The notes beneath the pieces were generated by a model. It saw only the letters and a program-made list of their open reading frames with translations. It made no database searches and was not told the DNA's origin. This document shows positions 1 to 9,606 of a stretch of 64,000 nt of DNA, one piece after another; position 1 is the stretch's first letter; every line of letters starts with the position of its first letter. The stretch is from Candidatus Undivivens industriae. GTDB lineage: Bacteria > Omnitrophota > Gorgyraeia > Gygaellales > Profunditerraquicolaceae. The position numbers were made by a program, and so were the translations under genes. The stretch is taken from assembly GCA_012514745.1 (NCBI GenBank), contig JAAYZR010000001.1:7877-71876 (forward strand), read 5' to 3'.

Positions 1-1
1 C

Positions 2-3000
2 CATGCGGTGACGGCCATTCAGGACGCCACTTTCACCACTATTAATGCCGGGGCGGATATTGCGGTTCAAGCGGCTCTTACAGCAGGTCATTCTTTGACT
101 CTTACTGCGAATACTGCTTCTACATTGTCCGATATAGAAATAGGGGCGAGTAGTGATCTTGAAGCCCCTGTTGTAACCCTAAGATCCTGCATAATAAGGC
201 TCTACCGACCTGTTGACAACAGCATCGGTTCTCTACATCTTATTGCAGAATACTCCGGCGGCGGCACGGTTTTTAGCTCTAGTGGTACTGGTGTTACCGC
301 CCACGGAGATTTGACTATAGACGGAAGTATGTGGGTAAATATTGACGGCGTAGGGCTCACTTCGACTGACGGTGATATCCGTCTGAACTGCACGGTTGAC
401 TCAAACGATGCTACATCGCGTGATTTAAGCCTGACTGCCGGCCAAGGCACTGTTTATGCCGGGACATTTGGGGGAACATACAGGCTTGAAGATATATCTG
501 TCAGCGCACAGCAGTTGGTTCTTAGCGGTGATATCAAGGCTGAAACTGTCAATACTTCCGGCGTGGTGGGCCTCACGACGCTGGCTAATGCGATCGATAT
601 AGATACCAGCGCAGGCGCCGGCACCATAACCCTCGGCCCTTTGACCGGCGCAAATAATCTCACGATCTCCGCCGGGGGAGCCGTAACCTTAAACAACGCC
701 GATATCGCCTCGCTGGATATCGACTCCGCTACCACTGTCGGCTTTAACGGCAATTTCAAAACCAGCGGCGGGGTAACAGTGGATACCGCGATTACCGGGG
801 ATATCACCGTTGCCTCCACCGGTTCCATCCAGGCAGGCGGGAATGTTACCTTGGATAACACCGCCGGCGCCGGGACCGCGGATATCGTGCTTAACAGTAA
901 CGTTTCCACCACCGGTTCCAGCACTATCACGATCAGCGCGGACGATGCCGTCAATATCGCCCAGAGTGCTGCCGCCAGCGTCAGCGCGGTCAACGGCGAG
1001 ATAGATATCACCTCTGCCGGAGCAATAGCCTTGGGCACAGGAACTTACGTCGGCAAGATCACCACCACCGGCGCAGGTGCAATTGATATTAATAACACCG
1101 ACACTTTGACTATGGGAACCGCCTTCGGCACCGAGATTTCCGGCGGCGGGGATGTGGATATAGCGGGTGCCGCCGGCATCACCAATACCATAGCCTCCAC
1201 CACCAGCGGCGATGTGGCGTTGCACGGAGCAGTGACTTTAGCAGCTAATGCCGTTGTATCCAGCGCCAACGGCAATGTGACATTTTATAATACCGTCAAT
1301 GCGACCTCGGACAATACCGAGACATTGACCGCGAATGCTTTAAACGGCATTGTAACATTCCAGAATACTATCGGTAATACCACTGATCCGGGAGCCCTGA
1401 CCGTTAACGCCTCTACGGCAGTTTTCTATAATACTGTGCTGGTAGGGGGTAATATTGATATCAATGCCAATGCCGTAACACTGGATACTGTCAATTCCGG
1501 CACCTTCCAGACCACCGCCAATAATGGATATATAGATTTCGGCACGGCCCTGATTGACTCGGCAGGCGAGGCAGTAGCCTTTGCCGTTACCGCTGACGGT
1601 TCAGGTAATGTCGTGCTTGGCACCATCGGTTCGTCTGATCCGGTGTCCAGCGTTTCTGTAACCACTACTTCCGGCTCAACCACATTAAACGGCGATATAA
1701 CCGCAGACGGAGCAGCAGGCATTAATTTTAGCAGCGCCGGCAACGTGCTTTTGAATAACAATGTTACCTTAACCACCACCAATTCCGACGGTGATGTGGT
1801 CCTTGATTCTGTCAACGGTTCCAAAACCCTTACCGTTAACTCCGCCGATGATATTACTATTAACGACGATATCGGCGGAAGCACCGCGCTTACCGCTGTT
1901 ACCCTTTATGCCGCCGATGTCATTACCACCGGTGCCGCCGGCACCATTAATACTGCCGGGGCCGTATCCATCAGGACCGGCCTGTCCAGCGGCGATGATA
2001 TTACCATAGGCGCAACGATCGACGCTGCGAGCGTGACCATCAGCGGCGATGAAGTGAATATCAACGCCGACATTACCGGCACCGATACCGTCGATATTAC
2101 CGCCAATGGTTCGGCTTCCGGTGACGACGTCAACCTGGCTGCCGGCGTATCCAGCGCTGCCGCCAGCATCACCGCCAACAACAGCGGGATTATCAACGTT
2201 ACCGTCACCCAGAATAATACTTTGGGTTCGACCATTTATAAAGGAGCGGTGACTTTAGACGGCACAGTAGCAGACTCCATCACATTGACTTCTCTTGGGG
2301 ATATGACCTTTAACGGGGCGGTGACCGCGACAGACATAGGCAGCGGCGGGATCACCTCCACCAACGGCTCATTATATTTTAACGCCGATTTGAGCGGCGC
2401 GGATACTATCGACCTTAATGCCAAGAACGGTATTTACCTGAATACGGTAGGTGCGGGTGCCGATCCGACCCTGTTGGATTTGGACTCAGCTGCCGCGCAG
2501 TTAAGCGGCGCGATTAATGTGGTCGCGATCGATACCACCGGTGTGGGGACAACTACTCTCGCCGCGGATATTACCATCACTGCCACCGGCTCCGGTAATG
2601 CCATCCAACTGGGGGATTTAATCGGACAGAAAGATCTGACTTTGGATGCGGACGGTTCTGCCAGCGATATCATACTTAATAACGCGAATATCGCTTCTTT
2701 GACGATAAATGATGCTGATGATGTTACATTCAGCGGTAATTTCGCCACTACCGGCAATACCACTGTTTCTACCGCAGTCACCGGCACCATTATTGTCAAC
2801 GGTTCTATCGATGCCGGCGGGGCGGTAACTCTGGTGAACAATGACAGCGGTTCTACCGGTATCGACATCAACGGCGCGGTCAGCGGAACGGGCGGCGTAA
2901 CGATGACGGCCTCGGCCGGGAATATCGATATAGATGCGGACGTAAACGCTTACGGCGGCAGTACAATTGAGCTCACCGCATCAGCCGGTTCCGTGAATAT

Positions 3001-6000
3001 CGCCCAGAATGCTGCCGCCAGCGTCAGCGCGGTCAACGGCGCGATCGATATTAATGCGGCGGGAGCGGTCTTAATCGGTACCGCCTCGTATGCCGGCAAG
3101 GTAGTTACCGAGGGAAGCGGGAATATTTTTATCGATGCCGGGACGGGCAGTGATATCACCATAACGGGCGCGGATTCGCAGGTGAATGCCGGCGGCGATG
3201 TGAACATCGGGCAAAGTGTTTCTTCCGCCAATGTAAATGTGAATAGCAATTCGAAGGTCCAGGCGGCAGGGGATATAACGGTTGACGGAGATATAATCAC
3301 GATCCAGGCAACCGGAAACGTGATAAGCACCGCCGGGGATATAGACCTTGAATCAACCGTCGGCGCTCTGAATGCCGAAGGTAATATCACTGCCGTCGGC
3401 AATACCGTCGCGCTGACCTCCGCGGCCGGTATCACCGATACCAGCGACGGGGACACGGACATCACGGCCAGGACTTTGAGCATTACGGCCGTCAGCGGCA
3501 TCGGTACCGGAACCGGTAACAACGCGCTTGATACGGATGTCGATTATATCAACGCCTCCGTGTCCGGGACAGGGGATATTTATATTTTGGAGGAAAGCGG
3601 CGTAACTTTGAGCGATATATCCAGCACCAACGGTTTAATTAATATTACCAGCGGCAGCGTCGCTACCGGAAACACTATAGTCACCAGCGTTGTTGCCGGT
3701 GGAACAGCTAATGTTGATATTACCGCGACACGCGGGGATATTTATCTGGCGACGGTAACCGCCGCCGGAGATACAGCGACAATAACGGCCGCTGCCGGTT
3801 CGATCTATGACGACACGATAAATACCACCAAGGTCACCGCAACAAGCGTTTCATTAACTGCCGCCGGCAGTATCGGCGCGTCCTCTACCGACGCGGATAT
3901 TGACACCGCCTGCACCAACCTGACCGCGGCAACCACCGCAGGGGACATTTATATTACCGATGACGACGCAGTTACTTTGACCAGCGTCACTACCGGGACC
4001 GGTTCAATAACTATCAAAGGAGCCAGGTCGGCGGCAGGGGATATGACGGTAACTCTTGTAACTGCCGGTACCGCAGGCGGGACCGGAGACGGAGATGTCA
4101 CCCTGAAGACATTAGACGGCGGCGGTTCTACCAATGACATTATTCTTTCCGGGCCGGTTACCGCTTCCAACGATTCGGTAACTCTGATCTCGGATTTTGA
4201 TATCAGCGATAGTTACGCGACTGCCGCCGATATCGTTGCCGGCGCGCTCTATCTGCAGGCCGGCGGCTCTTTCGGCGCGGTAGGGAATTACATCGATACC
4301 AATGTCTCCACCATCGACGACGCGGCCGCGGGCAGGAACGTTGCCGGTTCCATCTATATCAGCGAATACGACGATGTCGAACTCGGTTCCGTGAATGGAC
4401 TGACTACGGCATCCGGAGATATCAGAGTGGAAGCCGGTGTTTCCGCTTCAGGCGCCCTTACCGCCAGCAAAGTGACCGCGGGCGGCAGCGGGGATATCTA
4501 CCTGACGACTTACAATACGAGCGACATCGCCTTAGGATACGTCAACGCCCTGGGAGACGATGTTACCCTTATCTCTGCCAATAACATAACCGATAAAGAT
4601 ACCGACGGAGATATCGATGTCGTCGCAGATCATTTATACCTTCAAGCGGCCGGTTACTGCGGAACCACCGGGACCGGCGCCGCGATAGACACGGATGCCG
4701 CGTATATAGACAACGTCGCCGGCAACGTCGTGGCGGGTTCCATCTACATAAATGAGAATGACGGCGTCACGCTCGGCGCGACGAACGGGTTGACTTCCAC
4801 CAGCGGCCCGATCTATATCACCGCCGCCAATAACGGCGACGGAACCCTGACGGCCGCCGCCGTTACGGTCACTACCGACAATTCGAACGGCATCACCCTT
4901 ATTACCAATCGCGGCACCGGCGGCCTGAACGATATTCAACTCGGCGCTGTTACCGCAGGGACCACATCCGCGGTCATAACCCTGGCTTCCTATAACGACA
5001 TACTGGACGACGACGGCACGGTGGATCTGACGGCTTACGGCCTGCTTCTGGAAGCCGGCGGCAGTGTGGGGACTTCGAGCGACTATGTGGATACATCGGT
5101 TTCCACGATAGATGATAGGTCCGCCTCTGCCAATGTCCACAACTCGATCTATATCAACGAGTCCGACGGCGTCAATCTCGGAGCGGTGAACGGCTTGACT
5201 ACCGATATGGGGGATATTCGTGTTACGGCAGGCGGGACATTGACCGCTTCCTCCGTGACCGCCGGGGACGCGGGAGACGTTTACCTGACCACCGGTTCGG
5301 GGGATATCGCTGCCGGGCTTATAACCGCGCTTGACGACGATGTTTACCTAAACGCCGCGGGTTCGATCACCGACGGGGATACAGGAGTGGACATTTACGC
5401 CGGGAGGCTCTATCTGACCGCCGGCGCGGATGTGGGCGCCACCGGCGACTACCTGGACACGAGAGTCAATAATATCGACGATTATTCCGCTACGGAGAAC
5501 GTGGCGGGGAGCATATATATCAGCGAATACGACGGCGTGAACCTGGGCGCGTTAACATCCACGGGATTGACTACCGATAGCGGTTCTGTCTTTGTGGAGT
5601 CGAACGCCACGGAAGACGGGACGTTGACGGCTACCCTGGTGACTGCGGGCGGTAGCGGGGATATTTCCCTGAAATCGCAGGCCGGCGCGGCTTCTACCGG
5701 CAATGTCAACGACATCGCGGTGGGCCTGCTTACCGCTTCCGGCGACGACGTGATACTGAACTCCAACGACGATATCATCGATTTGACCTATGATGAGGTG
5801 ACGGATATAGTCGCTTCAGGGCTGTATCTGGCGGCAGGCGGCACTGTCGGCGGGGACGGAAGCGGACTGGAGCTGGATACGCGGGTCTCCACCATCGACG
5901 ATATCAGCGGCAGTAACGTTTACGAGAACATCTATATCATCGAATACGACGGGGTCAGCCTCGGGTCGGTGAACGGTCTGACGACCGATACCGGAGATAT

Positions 6001-7447
6001 CGATATAACCGCCGCCAAGACCGCGTCGGGAGATATGGACGCGGTTTCGGTAACCGCCGCAGGCGCGGGGAATATCCTTTTGACCACATTAGACGGCGGG
6101 GGCGCCTCCAACAACATAAACGTGGGGCTGGTTACCGCCGCGGATGACGATGTCTCCCTGGTTTCCGACGGGGACATAACCGACGCCGATACCACCGGGC
6201 TTGACGTCGTAGCCGCCTCTTTACGCCTGCAAAGCGCAGGCGCGGTCGGCACATCGGCGAACTACCTGGACACCCGGGTCGCCAACATAGACGACTACAG
6301 CGGCGGCAACGTCGGCACCGATCTTTACATCAGCGAATACGACGGCGTGATACTGGGCGCCCTCAATACTTCTACCGGTTTGTCCACCGCCGACGGTGAA
6401 ATAAGAATAAATGCCGCGGTAACGGCGGCAGGCGATCTTACCGCCCAGAAGCTGACCGCCGGAGGGACAGGTAATGATATATACCTGACTACGGAAGACG
6501 GCGGCAGCGGCAGCAACAATATAGGCCTGGGCGTGGTGACCGCATCCGGAGACGATATTTACTTGAATTCGGACTGGGATATCACAGACTCCGACCTGGA
6601 TCTGACCGCGGACCTGCTCTCTTCGGGCTTGTATTTCACCGCGCTGGGCAGTGTCGGCGGCTCCGGCGGCCCGGCGAGGATCGAAACAACCGTCGATACC
6701 ATAGACGATTACGCTCTCGGCGTGAACACAAGCGGTAATATTTACATAGCCGAAACAGACACCGTTACTCTCGGGAGTATCTTCGGGCTGACCACGGACG
6801 CCGGGGTTATCGATATCGTGATCGGCAATAATACCGTTACCGGGACACTGGCGGCAAACGGAGGATACGGGATATTCCTGAATTGTACCGACGGGGACCT
6901 GCTCGATCTCGATAACGGAAGTTTCACCGCCACGGCAAAGTCGGAACTGCGCGCCGGAGGCATTATCGGCACCATAGAGAATCCGTATGACGTGAATATA
7001 ACTTCCGGCGGGTTGTGGGTCTGGGCAGGTTCTCAACAGAGAGAAGTTTCCGCCAACCTGCGCGGCACCGTCGTCAGCAGCGCCGATACGGAGCGCGTGG
7101 AGATATTCGAACCGTCGCCTCCGGGGCTGGTCATTTTCGACAACCATCTGATGGGCGGCGGTAATTACGGCAGCGGCAGCGCCAACGGCAGTATCTTAAG
7201 CAGGGGCTACGGGTATATCGATGTTATCAGGAATGATTTCATCGATTCCGTGTATGCCCGCGCGCTGGAACAGCCGTGGGGTTATAAACTGCTTCTGGCC
7301 TGGGCGTTTGCGGAAGGGCCGAAGATAGACGAGAAGTTTATGAGCGACGTGCCTACTACAATAGACTCGAGCCTGCTGCAGCTTCCGGTGCTTTACACCG
7401 ATATGCAGAAACCGATGGACTACTACGTGATCAGATCGATCAGGTAA
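2..7447 (+). CDS. Giant repetitive surface protein (haemagglutinin-like beta-helix adhesin), 5'-truncated by the window
   Basis: Frame is open from the window edge for >2,479 aa. T/A/G/D/S/N/I/V-rich beta-solenoid-type sequence with nine ~130-aa repeats in the C-terminal half and a distinct ~170-aa C-terminal domain. Confidence 0.8.
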   Translation, partial: HAVTAIQDATFTTINAGADIAVQAALTAGHSLTLTANTASTLSDIEIGASSDLEAPVVTLRSCIIRLYRPVDNSIGSLHLIAEYSGGGTVFSSSGTGVTAHGDLTIDGSMWVNIDGVGLTSTDGDIRLNCTVDSNDATSRDLSLTAGQGTVYAGTFGGTYRLEDISVSAQQLVLSGDIKAETVNTSGVVGLTTLANAIDIDTSAGAGTITLGPLTGANNLTISAGGAVTLNNADIASLDIDSATTVGFNGNFKTSGGVTVDTAITGDITVASTGSIQAGGNVTLDNTAGAGTADIVLNSNVSTTGSSTITISADDAVNIAQSAAASVSAVNGEIDITSAGAIALGTGTYVGKITTTGAGAIDINNTDTLTMGTAFGTEISGGGDVDIAGAAGITNTIASTTSGDVALHGAVTLAANAVVSSANGNVTFYNTVNATSDNTETLTANALNGIVTFQNTIGNTTDPGALTVNASTAVFYNTVLVGGNIDINANAVTLDTVNSGTFQTTANNGYIDFGTALIDSAGEAVAFAVTADGSGNVVLGTIGSSDPVSSVSVTTTSGSTTLNGDITADGAAGINFSSAGNVLLNNNVTLTTTNSDGDVVLDSVNGSKTLTVNSADDITINDDIGGSTALTAVTLYAADVITTGAAGTINTAGAVSIRTGLSSGDDITIGATIDAASVTISGDEVNINADITGTDTVDITANGSASGDDVNLAAGVSSAAASITANNSGIINVTVTQNNTLGSTIYKGAVTLDGTVADSITLTSLGDMTFNGAVTATDIGSGGITSTNGSLYFNADLSGADTIDLNAKNGIYLNTVGAGADPTLLDLDSAAAQLSGAINVVAIDTTGVGTTTLAADITITATGSGNAIQLGDLIGQKDLTLDADGSASDIILNNANIASLTINDADDVTFSGNFATTGNTTVSTAVTGTIIVNGSIDAGGAVTLVNNDSGSTGIDINGAVSGTGGVTMTASAGNIDIDADVNAYGGSTIELTASAGSVNIAQNAAASVSAVNGAIDINAAGAVLIGTASYAGKVVTEGSGNIFIDAGTGSDITITGADSQVNAGGDVNIGQSVSSANVNVNSNSKVQAAGDITVDGDIITIQATGNVISTAGDIDLESTVGALNAEGNITAVGNTVALTSAAGITDTSDGDTDITARTLSITAVSGIGTGTGNNALDTDVDYINASVSGTGDIYILEESGVTLSDISSTNGLINITSGSVATGNTIVTSVVAGGTANVDITATRGDIYLATVTAAGDTATITAAAGSIYDDTINTTKVTATSVSLTAAGSIGASSTDADIDTACTNLTAATTAGDIYITDDDAVTLTSVTTGTGSITIKGARSAAGDMTVTLVTAGTAGGTGDGDVTLKTLDGGGSTNDIILSGPVTASNDSVTLISDFDISDSYATAADIVAGALYLQAGGSFGAVGNYIDTNVSTIDDAAAGRNVAGSIYISEYDDVELGSVNGLTTASGDIRVEAGVSASGALTASKVTAGGSGDIYLTTYNTSDIALGYVNALGDDVTLISANNITDKDTDGDIDVVADHLYLQAAGYCGTTGTGAAIDTDAAYIDNVAGNVVAGSIYINENDGVTLGATNGLTSTSGPIYITAANNGDGTLTAAAVTVTTDNSNGITLITNRGTGGLNDIQLGAVTAGTTSAVITLASYNDILDDDGTVDLTAYGLLLEAGGSVGTSSDYVDTSVSTIDDRSASANVHNSIYINESDGVNLGAVNGLTTDMGDIRVTAGGTLTASSVTAGDAGDVYLTTGSGDIAAGLITALDDDVYLNAAGSITDGDTGVDIYAGRLYLTAGADVGATGDYLDTRVNNIDDYSATENVAGSIYISEYDGVNLGALTSTGLTTDSGSVFVESNATEDGTLTATLVTAGGSGDISLKSQAGAASTGNVNDIAVGLLTASGDDVILNSNDDIIDLTYDEVTDIVASGLYLAAGGTVGGDGSGLELDTRVSTIDDISGSNVYENIYIIEYDGVSLGSVNGLTTDTGDIDITAAKTASGDMDAVSVTAAGAGNILLTTLDGGGASNNINVGLVTAADDDVSLVSDGDITDADTTGLDVVAASLRLQSAGAVGTSANYLDTRVANIDDYSGGNVGTDLYISEYDGVILGALNTSTGLSTADGEIRINAAVTAAGDLTAQKLTAGGTGNDIYLTTEDGGSGSNNIGLGVVTASGDDIYLNSDWDITDSDLDLTADLLSSGLYFTALGSVGGSGGPARIETTVDTIDDYALGVNTSGNIYIAETDTVTLGSIFGLTTDAGVIDIVIGNNTVTGTLAANGGYGIFLNCTDGDLLDLDNGSFTATAKSELRAGGIIGTIENPYDVNITSGGLWVWAGSQQREVSANLRGTVVSSADTERVEIFEPSPPGLVIFDNHLMGGGNYGSGSANGSILSRGYGYIDVIRNDFIDSVYARALEQPWGYKLLLAWAFAEGPKIDEKFMSDVPTTIDSSLLQLPVLYTDMQKPMDYYVIRSIR
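3527..6850 (+). repeat. Nine tandem ~125-140 aa intragenic repeats in the giant protein
   Basis: [LIV][DE]T anchor recurs at about 3527, 3898, 4292, 4685, 5087, 5453, 5873, 6266 and 6680, each followed by IYIxExDxVxL; the later units share DTxVxxIDD...NGLTT. Confidence 0.85.
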
Positions 7448-7477
7448 AGGGCCGATAAGGTAAGGAGGAGCTGGATC

Positions 7478-7933
7478 ATGAAAAAGAATTTATTATTCGC
7501 TGTAAGCATAATTACAATGGCCGCAGCCGCGACGCCGGCAGCAGCCGCGACGCCGGATAAAGCGGCGTCGGTGAAGCCTAAAGAGGCCAAAGTTGACCGG
7601 AATTACGACGGGGTGATAGACCGGATAGAGTATTACGATTCAAAAGGCACGATCCTGCGCGTGGAGACCGACACCAACAACGACGGCAAGATGGATGAGT
7701 GGGTGTATTACGAGAACGGCGTCCCGGTCAAGGGGGAGAAAGATACCAACGGCGACGGCAAGGCCGACAGGGGTATGGTTTATGACGCTCAAGGCAAGCT
7801 GGTCCGCATCGAGGCCGACATCGACGGCGACGGCAAGATTGACGAGTGGGTTTATTATGAGGGCGGCAAGCCGGTAAAAGCGGAAAAGGATAACAACAAG
7901 GACGGCAAGCCCGATACCTGGGTAACATATTAA
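7478..7933 (+). CDS. Secreted protein with five Dx[DN]xDGxxD repeats (putative Ca2+-binding loops)
   Basis: SD aaggagga upstream; signal peptide MKKNLLFAVSIITMAAAA; repeats DRNYDGVID, DTNNDGKMD, DTNGDGKAD, DIDGDGKID, DNNKDGKPD at ~22-aa period. Confidence 0.85.
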   Translation: MKKNLLFAVSIITMAAAATPAAAATPDKAASVKPKEAKVDRNYDGVIDRIEYYDSKGTILRVETDTNNDGKMDEWVYYENGVPVKGEKDTNGDGKADRGMVYDAQGKLVRIEADIDGDGKIDEWVYYEGGKPVKAEKDNNKDGKPDTWVTY

Positions 7934-8570
7934 TCCGGGGAAACAATAATATCGGCAACGGTAACGAAGCCCGTTTCGGTTCTCGGTAAAGGGAACGTTT
8001 TAAAGCCGAAAAACGTAAGATTAAAACAAGGGCATCGCAACCGATAAACGATAGATGAGCTTTACTACCGGTAACGGCTGCGTTAACCAACAGAGTTAAA
8101 CCTGTTTTTCCTTCCGGACCCTCTCCACCAAGGGGAGGCAAGGGGACACGCTACTTAATTCGTAATTGTAGCGAATCCCATTTCGACCTTCGGTCACGGC
8201 TACCAATAGACAACGTAATTCCGGGGACACAGTACCTAATTCGGCAACGGCAACGGTAACGGTAACGAAGCCCGTTTCGGTTCTCGGTTACGGGAACGAA
8301 TAGAATCAACCAATCTTTCCTCCCCTATTTGATGGGGAGGATTGAGGAGGGGTGTGATAGTTAATGTTCCCCCTCTTTATTTCTCCCCACAAGGGGGAGA
8401 AAAGTTAGGAATGGAAATCTCCGTTCGATACGTCCGCCACTGATGCGTCGGCGGACTGCAGATAGTCCGCCACTGAAACTTTGGCGAGACTAAAACAAGG
8501 GCATCGTAACCGATAAACGATAGACGAGTTTTAATATCGGTAATGGGAACGTTTTAATACCGAAAGACGA
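7934..8570. repeat. Mosaic intergenic repeat region built of several REP-like modules
   Basis: TCCGGGG...CGGCAACGGTAACGAAGCCCGTTTCGGTTCTCGGT at ~7934 and ~8220; TAAAACAAGGGCATCGYAACCGATAAACGATAGA at ~8022 and ~8491; CTCCCC..GGGGAG hairpins at 8319-8400; GTCCGCCAC hairpins at 8432 and 8465. Confidence 0.8.
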
Positions 8571-8580
8571 GTATCAAACT

Positions 8581-9606
8581 ATGCCTGAATTAAGAAAAGA
8601 CCCGGTTATCGGCAGATGGGTGATAATCTCCACCGAGCGCGCCAAGCGGCCGGAGCATTTCGCTTCCAGAGAGACTTTTCTGCCGCAGGAGGGGGACTGT
8701 CCTTTTTGCGAGGGGCATGAGGCCGAGACTCCGCCCGAGATATACGCGCTGCGCCCCCATGGCGCTCCGGCGAATTCTCCCGGGTGGCAATTACGCGTTG
8801 TCTCCAGCATCTCGCCTTTTTTGCGCGTGGAAGGGAACCTTGAACGCCGCGGTAAAGGTCTTTATGACCTGATGAACGGAATAGGGGCGCATGAGCGTAT
8901 AATTGAAACCAGCCGGCACGTAGCCAATATGGCAGACTTGCCTAAGGAACAGATCTCCAGGGTAATTTCAGCTTATATAGACAGGATAAACGATCTCGAG
9001 AAAGACAAAAGGCTCAAATACGTGCTGGTTTTCAAGAATCACGGCTGGAGCGCCGGGGCGGGGAACATCAATCATACCCGCTCCCAGCTTATAGCCACGC
9101 CGGTGAACCCCAAACGGGTCAAGGAAGAGCTTTCCGGGGCCAGGCAGTATTATGAGTACCATGAACGTTGTATCTTCTGCGATATAGTCAGTCAGGAAAT
9201 CGAGAGCAATTCGCGCGTGATACTCGATGAGAACGGTTTTCTTGTCGTCACTCCGTTCGCGGCAAGGTTCCCGTTCGAAGTGTGGATACTTCCCCGGAGA
9301 CACAGCCCGGATTTTACCTCGTTGCAGGAGAACGAGCGCGAAGCCCTTGCCGGGGTCCTTAAGAAGACCCTTTCGAAGATAAAAAAAGGGCTGAACGACC
9401 CCGCCTATAATTACGTCATCCACACCGCGCCCTTCCGCAGGCAGAAGACCGGTTATTGGCGCACCATAGACAACGATTATCATTGGCACATAGAGATAAT
9501 GCCGAGGTTGACCCGCATCGCCGGGTTCGAATGGGGCACCGGATTTTACATTTGCCCGATATCCCCGGAGGATTGCGCGGCGTTCTTAAGAGAGGTGGAA
9601 GTCTAA
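8581..9606 (+). CDS. galT: GalT-family nucleotidyltransferase paralogue A (lacks the catalytic His)
   Basis: ELRKDP..RW, RAKRP, CPFC and AGFEWGTG motifs present; the HxHxQ motif reads HTRSQ. Confidence 0.85.
   Translation: MPELRKDPVIGRWVIISTERAKRPEHFASRETFLPQEGDCPFCEGHEAETPPEIYALRPHGAPANSPGWQLRVVSSISPFLRVEGNLERRGKGLYDLMNGIGAHERIIETSRHVANMADLPKEQISRVISAYIDRINDLEKDKRLKYVLVFKNHGWSAGAGNINHTRSQLIATPVNPKRVKEELSGARQYYEYHERCIFCDIVSQEIESNSRVILDENGFLVVTPFAARFPFEVWILPRRHSPDFTSLQENEREALAGVLKKTLSKIKKGLNDPAYNYVIHTAPFRRQKTGYWRTIDNDYHWHIEIMPRLTRIAGFEWGTGFYICPISPEDCAAFLREVEV

Noticed and set aside
202-7147. Numerous minus-strand ORFs over the giant gene, and similar ORFs opposite aspS, the HD hydrolase and panE
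   Set aside because: Antisense shadows caused by codon bias; they have no motifs and fully overlap well-supported genes.
6900-7447. Autotransporter beta-barrel at the end of the giant protein
   Set aside because: Too short, no clear run of amphipathic strands, and no terminal aromatic residue.
7934-8570. CRISPR array
   Set aside because: The repeats are degenerate, of several types and irregularly spaced, with no constant repeat-spacer period and no cas genes.
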